In this document: positions 58,153 through 64,000 of the stretch, one piece after another
Numbering within the stretch: the first letter of the stretch is position 1
How the letters are laid out: every line of letters starts with the position of its first letter
From: Scyliorhinus canicula
Lineage: Eukaryota
DNA: 64,000 nt
Direction of reading: 5' to 3'
Assembly: GCF_902713615.1 (NCBI RefSeq)
Contig: NW_024055492.1
Location: 124,001-188,000 of the forward strand
Notes under the pieces: model-generated
What the model saw: the letters and a program-made list of their open reading frames with translations, nothing else
The model's database searches: none
Told to the model about the DNA's origin: nothing
Position numbers and translations under genes: made by a program

Positions 58153-60911
58153 CCCGGCAGAAGGGGGCGGCTTTCCAGGCGCCGCCTGTTGATTCCCTGG
58201 TGGAGGTGGCGCCTGGATCCACGTCCCACCTTCCACACCCCCAACAGAATGAACACAGAGATTTACTATAGGTTATTATTAAAATAAACATTTATCTGTA
58301 TCGGGATATTTGTTTGTCTGAATGGATTATTTGTAATGTCTCTCCTAATCCTAATGGCGAAATTACATTTGCCCACCTGGTAATAAAAACCTAATCCATT
58401 GTAAATTCAGTCTCTTTCTTTCGACACTCCAATATCAGGGGCTGAACCTAAACAGTTTAAATTATATTGTCAGGGAATAAATCGTCTGTCAGTCTGATTT
58501 GCAACACTCTCGGTCTCTATCCCATTAGAGCAATAAAGTATCATTTATCAGAGGAAATGTAACTAATGCGGGGATGAACAAAGTGATTCAATTTCCAGTG
58601 CGGATGGCTATCACTGTACAATGTGGGTCTGTAGATAAGTAGAAACTCCTCACATTACACCATGTTTCTCCTGGTATTTTTCGAACTGCCCCTGAGCCTC
58701 AGACAGTCCGGTGAACATTAACGGTAAAGAAGCCGCTTGCCTGATAATTCAGCAGTGAGTTGACAGAGAAACATAAAATTCATTCCAGCTTTTGACAGAG
58801 AAGTTAATGAATCAAAACGGACGCGGCGATCAGCAAAGTTATCCTTCAGCATCCAAATCATTGCCGCTAATTTTACTGACCAGCGGCTGTCTAACATTCA
58901 CTGGTGTTGGGAACACAGGACATCAGGACTTTGCGGCAGATTAAGCAATATCAGAAGAATAAATGTTTTATTCTCCACTAAAGCAGGCCATGAACTGGTC
59001 ATTTCTCCACTCATTGGCAGCAATAAGAGGGACTGTTAAATTATTGAAATCCAGACAAATTAAACACGGTGTTAATCGGGTATAAGAGACGACTCCGTTT
59101 AAAAGAGATCAACAACTCGGAGAATATTCCTGGATTCCCCGCGAGTTCAATGCAGTTTATTTACTTTTAATTTATTTTATTTTATTTTTTGTAATTGGAG
59201 TCATCTTATTGAACTTATGGATTGGGTCCATCAACAGCACTCACTCTCACTTCATTCGGTTCTTAACAAACGGACTTTAATAACTAGAGTGACCTTTACT
59301 CAGAACTAATATAAATTAAATAGCATCTGGTCAGGTTACTATTTTCCGATCATGTTTAATCTCAGAGTGAACAAAACATTCAGTGAATATATTTCTTTGC
59401 ATGGATCACCATTTAAAACGTTTAGTTCATGTGAGACTGAAACATTTATTGTTTGAATGGATAAATCCCATTTAATCCATTCATATTCAGGCTAATCTGC
59501 CCCACACAGTATTTGGCAGCAATCCAGCCGCCTGCAGTCAGGGAGGCTCGAATGTTCAATGTTGTTTACAGGAAGCATCTGGATTTTTTTTCAGAGATCT
59601 GTTTGCTCAGTACTGACCGCTTGGCTGCAAGCCAACTTCAAACTCTTAACATTGTCAATGAGGACTATTTATAAACAAATCTACCCAGCAACAGTACTGG
59701 AGATCTTTTTATGTTTTAAATTGCGAACTTATTTGAACTGTTCCCATCTCTAAGGAAAGGAGATTTTTCCAGCTTTTCTAGCCTCTCTTAGCAACACTAA
59801 CCGGCTGGAGGATCTCTCCCACACCTCATAACATTGTGATGATGGATAGAAATACAATCAGACTATCAGACAGGGGATACATTTTGTAATAAATAAAAAT
59901 GTAATTCATGTGTTTTCCCCTTTATTCTTCCATGGAATGTGGGACTCACTGGCAAGACCACCATATGTTCCCTGTCCCTAATTGCTGTTGAACTGAGTGG
60001 GTCAGCTCAGAAGGAACTGAAGAGTCAGACATGTTGCTGTCTGACTGGAGCCACATGTAGGTGAGACCAGGGAGGAATGTCAGATTTCCTTCATTGATGA
60101 AGCAGAGGGGATTTCATGGTCACCATTATTATGTATTCCAAATTTATTAATTGAATTCAAATTCCACCACCGGCCATGTTGGGATTTGTACCCGAGTCCC
60201 CACAGAATTAGCCTGGGCCTTTGGATTACTGGTACAATAACATTAATACTACAGCACCACCTGCCAAATGATAAAGGGATGACTGCTTTTTTGTAGGGAT
60301 GGATGTTGGTTGAATGCCTGAATATTTTGATTGAGGACTCAATGAATGTGGTTGATGGATGGATGGATAGATGGTCTGAAAGATGTTGTTCTACATTCTC
60401 AATTTTGCGCTTGATCAATTAAAGCAGGTGCTTCAAAGCGGGAACATGATTACATTGAGGAGGGATGGCTGTAATATTGTGGGCATGTAGTCATATCATG
60501 TACAATAAGTCACTCCAGATGTCCCTACCCAAATCAATTAAGACACCAGACTGAAAACAGAAATCCCGTGAAACTCTGTGGACAGCTGCAGACGTTGAAT
60601 TACTTTCCAAAACAGAGTAATAACAAATCGGGATTTAAAGATTCATTAACGTCACATTAGTTGCCAGTATTTTCATTTCTACCGTCACTTCAAAAATCGG
60701 CACACACTACAGTCTGGAGATTCTGTGTGACGATGAGGTAATTACTAACCAATACAGATCAGAGGCTGCTGTGTGGCTGCACATTATCCTCAGTGCGGTT
60801 CAATTCCATTTCACATTGAATTCTGACGCAGATGTTACTTGTTGGTGACAGAATGGTCAATGCTATCTCAAATAAATTTAATCTCAATAAATTATGTTAA
60901 ACATGGGAACA

Positions 60912-61249
60912 GGGCAGCACGGTAGCATGGTGGTTAGCATAAATGCTTCACAGCTCCAGGGTCCCAGGTTCGATTCCCAGCTGGGTCACTGTCTGTGCGG
61001 AGTCTGCACGTCCTCCCCGTGTGTGCGTGGGTTTCCTCCGGGTGCTCCAGTTTCCTCCCACAGTCCAAAGATGTGTTGGTTAGGTGGATTGGCCATGCTA
61101 AATTGCCCGTAGTGCCCTAAAAAAAAGTAAGGTTAAGGGGGGGTTGTTGGGTTACGGGTATAGGGTGGATACATGGGTTTGAGTAGGGTGATCATTGCTC
61201 GGCACAACATCGAGGGCCGAAGGACCTGTTCTGTGCTGTACTGTTCTAT
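60912..61249 (+). mobile_element. Young HE1-like V-SINE
   Basis: Near-identical to 45013-45358. Confidence 0.92.
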
Positions 61250-61419
61250 AGGTATGAGGAGCAGAAGTCGGACTTTCACAATCATCGTGGCTGATCTCTT
61301 CCATTTTGTAAAACCAAATGCCGAAAATAATTTGTGAATGTAACTATTTATGTTGTGAGTTGATCATAATTGATATATATAATTATTTAACTTTGTGAAT
61401 TGTGACAATTGGTAACATT

Positions 61420-62230
61420 CACCACGGAAGTGCTAAAGAATGACCATCTCCACCAAAATAGAATCCAACAATCTCTCCTTGACATTCAGTGATATTGTCA
61501 TCGCTGAATCCCCAGCTATCAATACCCTGGGGTTACCATTGACCAGAAGCTGTCCTGGACTGACCATATAAATGCTGAGGCGACATGATCCGGTCAGGGT
61601 CTAGGAAACCTGCGGCAAGTAACTCACTCCTGACTCCCAAAGCCTGTTCGCCATCTACAAGGCACAAGCCAGGGGTGTAATGGAATACTCTCCAGTTGCC
61701 TGTCTGGGTGCAGCTCCAATAACATTGAAGAAGCTTGACACCATCCAGGCCAAAGCAGCCCGCTTGATCGTCACCCTATGTACAAACACTCTTATGAGGG
61801 ACATGGATAGTATGGATGGGAAGGAATTCATTTCCAGGGTGGAGAGGTCTGTCACCAGGGAGCATAGGTTTAAGGTCCGTGGGGCAAAGTTTAGAGGAGA
61901 TGTGGGAGGCAAGGTTCCATCCACCACCGATGAACAATGACAATAATGTACCATCCACAAGATTCACCTCAGAAACCCATCAAGTCTCCTTTGAAACGCC
62001 TTCTCAACCCAGGCCCATTACCTTCTAGAAGGAAAAGGCAGCTGACACATGGGACGATCACCACCTGGAAATTCCCCTCCAAATCACTCACTATCCTGAC
62101 TTGGAAATATATTGCAGAATCTTTAGTGTCGCTGGTTCAAACGGCTAGAACTCCCTCCCTAACAACACCGTCGGTTTACCGACACCAGAGTGATTGCGGA
62201 GGTTCAAATCGGTAGCACACCACCACTTTG
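61420..62230 (+). mobile_element. LINE RT C-terminal fragment (CR1/L2-group), with a short CR1 3' piece at ~61790-61915
   Basis: LGVTIDQKLSWTDHIN, SPSTRHKPGVMEYSPVACLGAAPITLKKLDTIQAKAARLI. Confidence 0.72.
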
Positions 62231-62419
62231 TGAAAGACAATTAGCGATGGACAATAAATCATGGCCGTGCTAGCGACACCCGCACCATATAACTTAATTT
62301 AAAATTGTACTAATCTTTTTGGAACGACGGTAATTGGTGAATTCAATTATTTATATTCATAATTGAATGAAGATTCATGAATATCATTACTATTTTTCTG
62401 AACATTTATGACCGACGCC

Positions 62420-63700
62420 TTCTTTGATGGAAGATATAACCCATCCCACAGGAGATTGAAGATGCAAAATCATAATCAATATCTGAAAACAAAGTGGACA
62501 GAGGAGACTGCAGCAACTATTGACATATCTCACTCATAGCAGCACTGGGAAGGCCGTTGCGAGCTTCACATTTTAAACACTTCATCTGCTTGCAGGCCGA
62601 ATGTAGCTGGAAGCAAGGTGTGGTGTTTGTGTCGCAAGATTTACTCTGGGCGTGATCTGTTCCCTATACCACAAGTCTACCTCTTCAACTTGCTTTCATC
62701 AACATCAATAAACATTCGACACTGTCATCAGAACAGGGACTATAAGATTTGGGGAAACTTGTCTGCCTTAGAACATAGAACAGTACAGCACAGAACAGGC
62801 CCTTCGGCCCTCAATGTTGTGCCGAGCCATGATTACCCTACTCAAACCCACGTATCCACCCGATACCCAACAACCCCCCCCCCCCCTTTAACCTTACTTT
62901 TTAGGACACTACGGGCAATTTAGCATGGTCAATCCACCTAACCCGCACATCTTTGGACTGTGGGAGGAAACCGGAGCACCCGGAGGAAACCCACGCACAC
63001 ACGGGGAGGACGTGCAGACTCCGCACAGACAGTGACCCAGCCGGGAATCGAACCTGGGACCCTGGAGCTGTGAAGCATTTATGCTAACCACCATGCTACC
63101 GTGCTGCCCGGTAGCTCCTTCTAAAGCTTCCCTGTCTCATTCACTGCTTCCATTGCAAAATGCACTGCATTGTACAGATTGATGATTCCACTTCCGACAG
63201 ATTCCAAGTGAATGATTGAGTGAAAGAGGACCGTGTCATTGACCCAACTCTATTCGGGAGCTTCCTCTTCAAGCTGCTGATCTTCGCCTTCCCTGAAGAT
63301 ATGGATGAAATCCACGAGCACGCTCGGTCAGGCTGCAACCTCTACAACCTTTCAGTCATGAAAACTGAGACATAATCACAATGCATCCTCATCAGAGAAT
63401 TCCTCTAGGCTGAAAATTCGATCATCCAAACAAAACATCAGCTACAGAGACTCATGGACTCTGTCCCCAGTGCCTGTAACTTGTTCTTCCTTGCCATAAG
63501 CATGAGGAAAACAGTGGTCCTGGGACAAGGTGTTGCACTTTCGCCAATGGCCACATTAAATAAGAGCCGGTGAGCAGATTCTGCTCCCGAGTTTCCATGT
63601 TGAGAGACTGCCTTGACGCAGAACGTGATCCTGACATGGGGAAAGCAGGTACTACCTTTGTTTGACTCATTAAAATGTCCATGGAATAACATCAAGCTTT
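62420..63700 (+). mobile_element. Degenerate RTE-clade LINE RT, split by a SINE
   Basis: DAK.I..(KNK)GDRGDC.NY..ISL...GK region, then ..KKTVVLGQGVA.. and AERDPDMGKAGTTFV motifs. Confidence 0.6.
62770..63109 (-). mobile_element. Young HE1-like V-SINE
   Basis: Near-identical to 47635-47976. Confidence 0.92.
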
Positions 63701-63744
63701 GGAACGAGCTGATGGTTTATAAGGCCTAAACTCTCAGAACCTTA

Positions 63745-64000
63745 GGTCAACAAGGTAACACACTGGTTAGCACAGTTGCTTCACAGCTTCAGTGTTCCCG
63801 GTTCGATTTTCATCTTGGGTTACTGTTTGTGCGGAGTCTGCACGTTTTCCCCGTGTCTGCATGGGTTCCTCCGGGTGCTCCGGTTTCCTCCCACAGTCCA
63901 AAGATGTGCTGGATAGGGGGATTGGCTCTGCTAAATTGCCATTAGTATCCAACAAAGGTGAAATGGGATTACAGAAATAAGGTGGAGATGTGGGGATAGG
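63745..64000 (+). mobile_element. V-SINE running off the window end
   Basis: ggttagcacagttgcttcacagc..., V domain. Confidence 0.8.

Noticed and set aside
58497-58504. ATTTGCAA as the VH octamer
   Set aside because: One mismatch, and ~350 bp upstream of the TATA box, far from the usual position; likely chance.

Overview
Eukaryotic DNA from a cartilaginous fish. The SINE subfamilies look catshark-like, but the species call is inference. Right half (32.7-58.2 kb, minus strand): one complete, apparently intact, unrearranged shark IgM heavy-chain minilocus. It runs TATA, leader, VH-RSS23, 12-D1-22, 12-D2-12, 23-JH, a 16-kb J-C intron, Cmu1-Cmu4 with secretory tail, then TM1 and TM2. The J-C intron is mostly tandem repeats. 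The main one is a ~6-kb 39-bp array carrying GAGCTGGGGG, G-rich on the non-template strand and ~1 kb upstream of Cmu1, which resembles a tetrapod switch region. The intron also holds a 38-bp G-quadruplex-type array of opposite polarity, a 31x11-bp TGCA array just 3' of JH, and a palindrome with hammerhead-ribozyme-like motifs. A 51-bp GGAAGTG (PU.1-like) array lies between the secretory and TM exons. Left half (1-31.9 kb): a birth-and-death cluster of C2H2 zinc-finger genes and relics with repeated bidirectional-promoter cassettes, an intron-containing tRNA-Pro(CGG)-like gene and a young foldback/MULE-like element. V-SINEs and CR1, L2, L1 and RTE LINE fragments occur throughout. All calls were made by eye. 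Ig exon, RSS and TSD coordinates were read base by base; most repeat boundaries are approximate.
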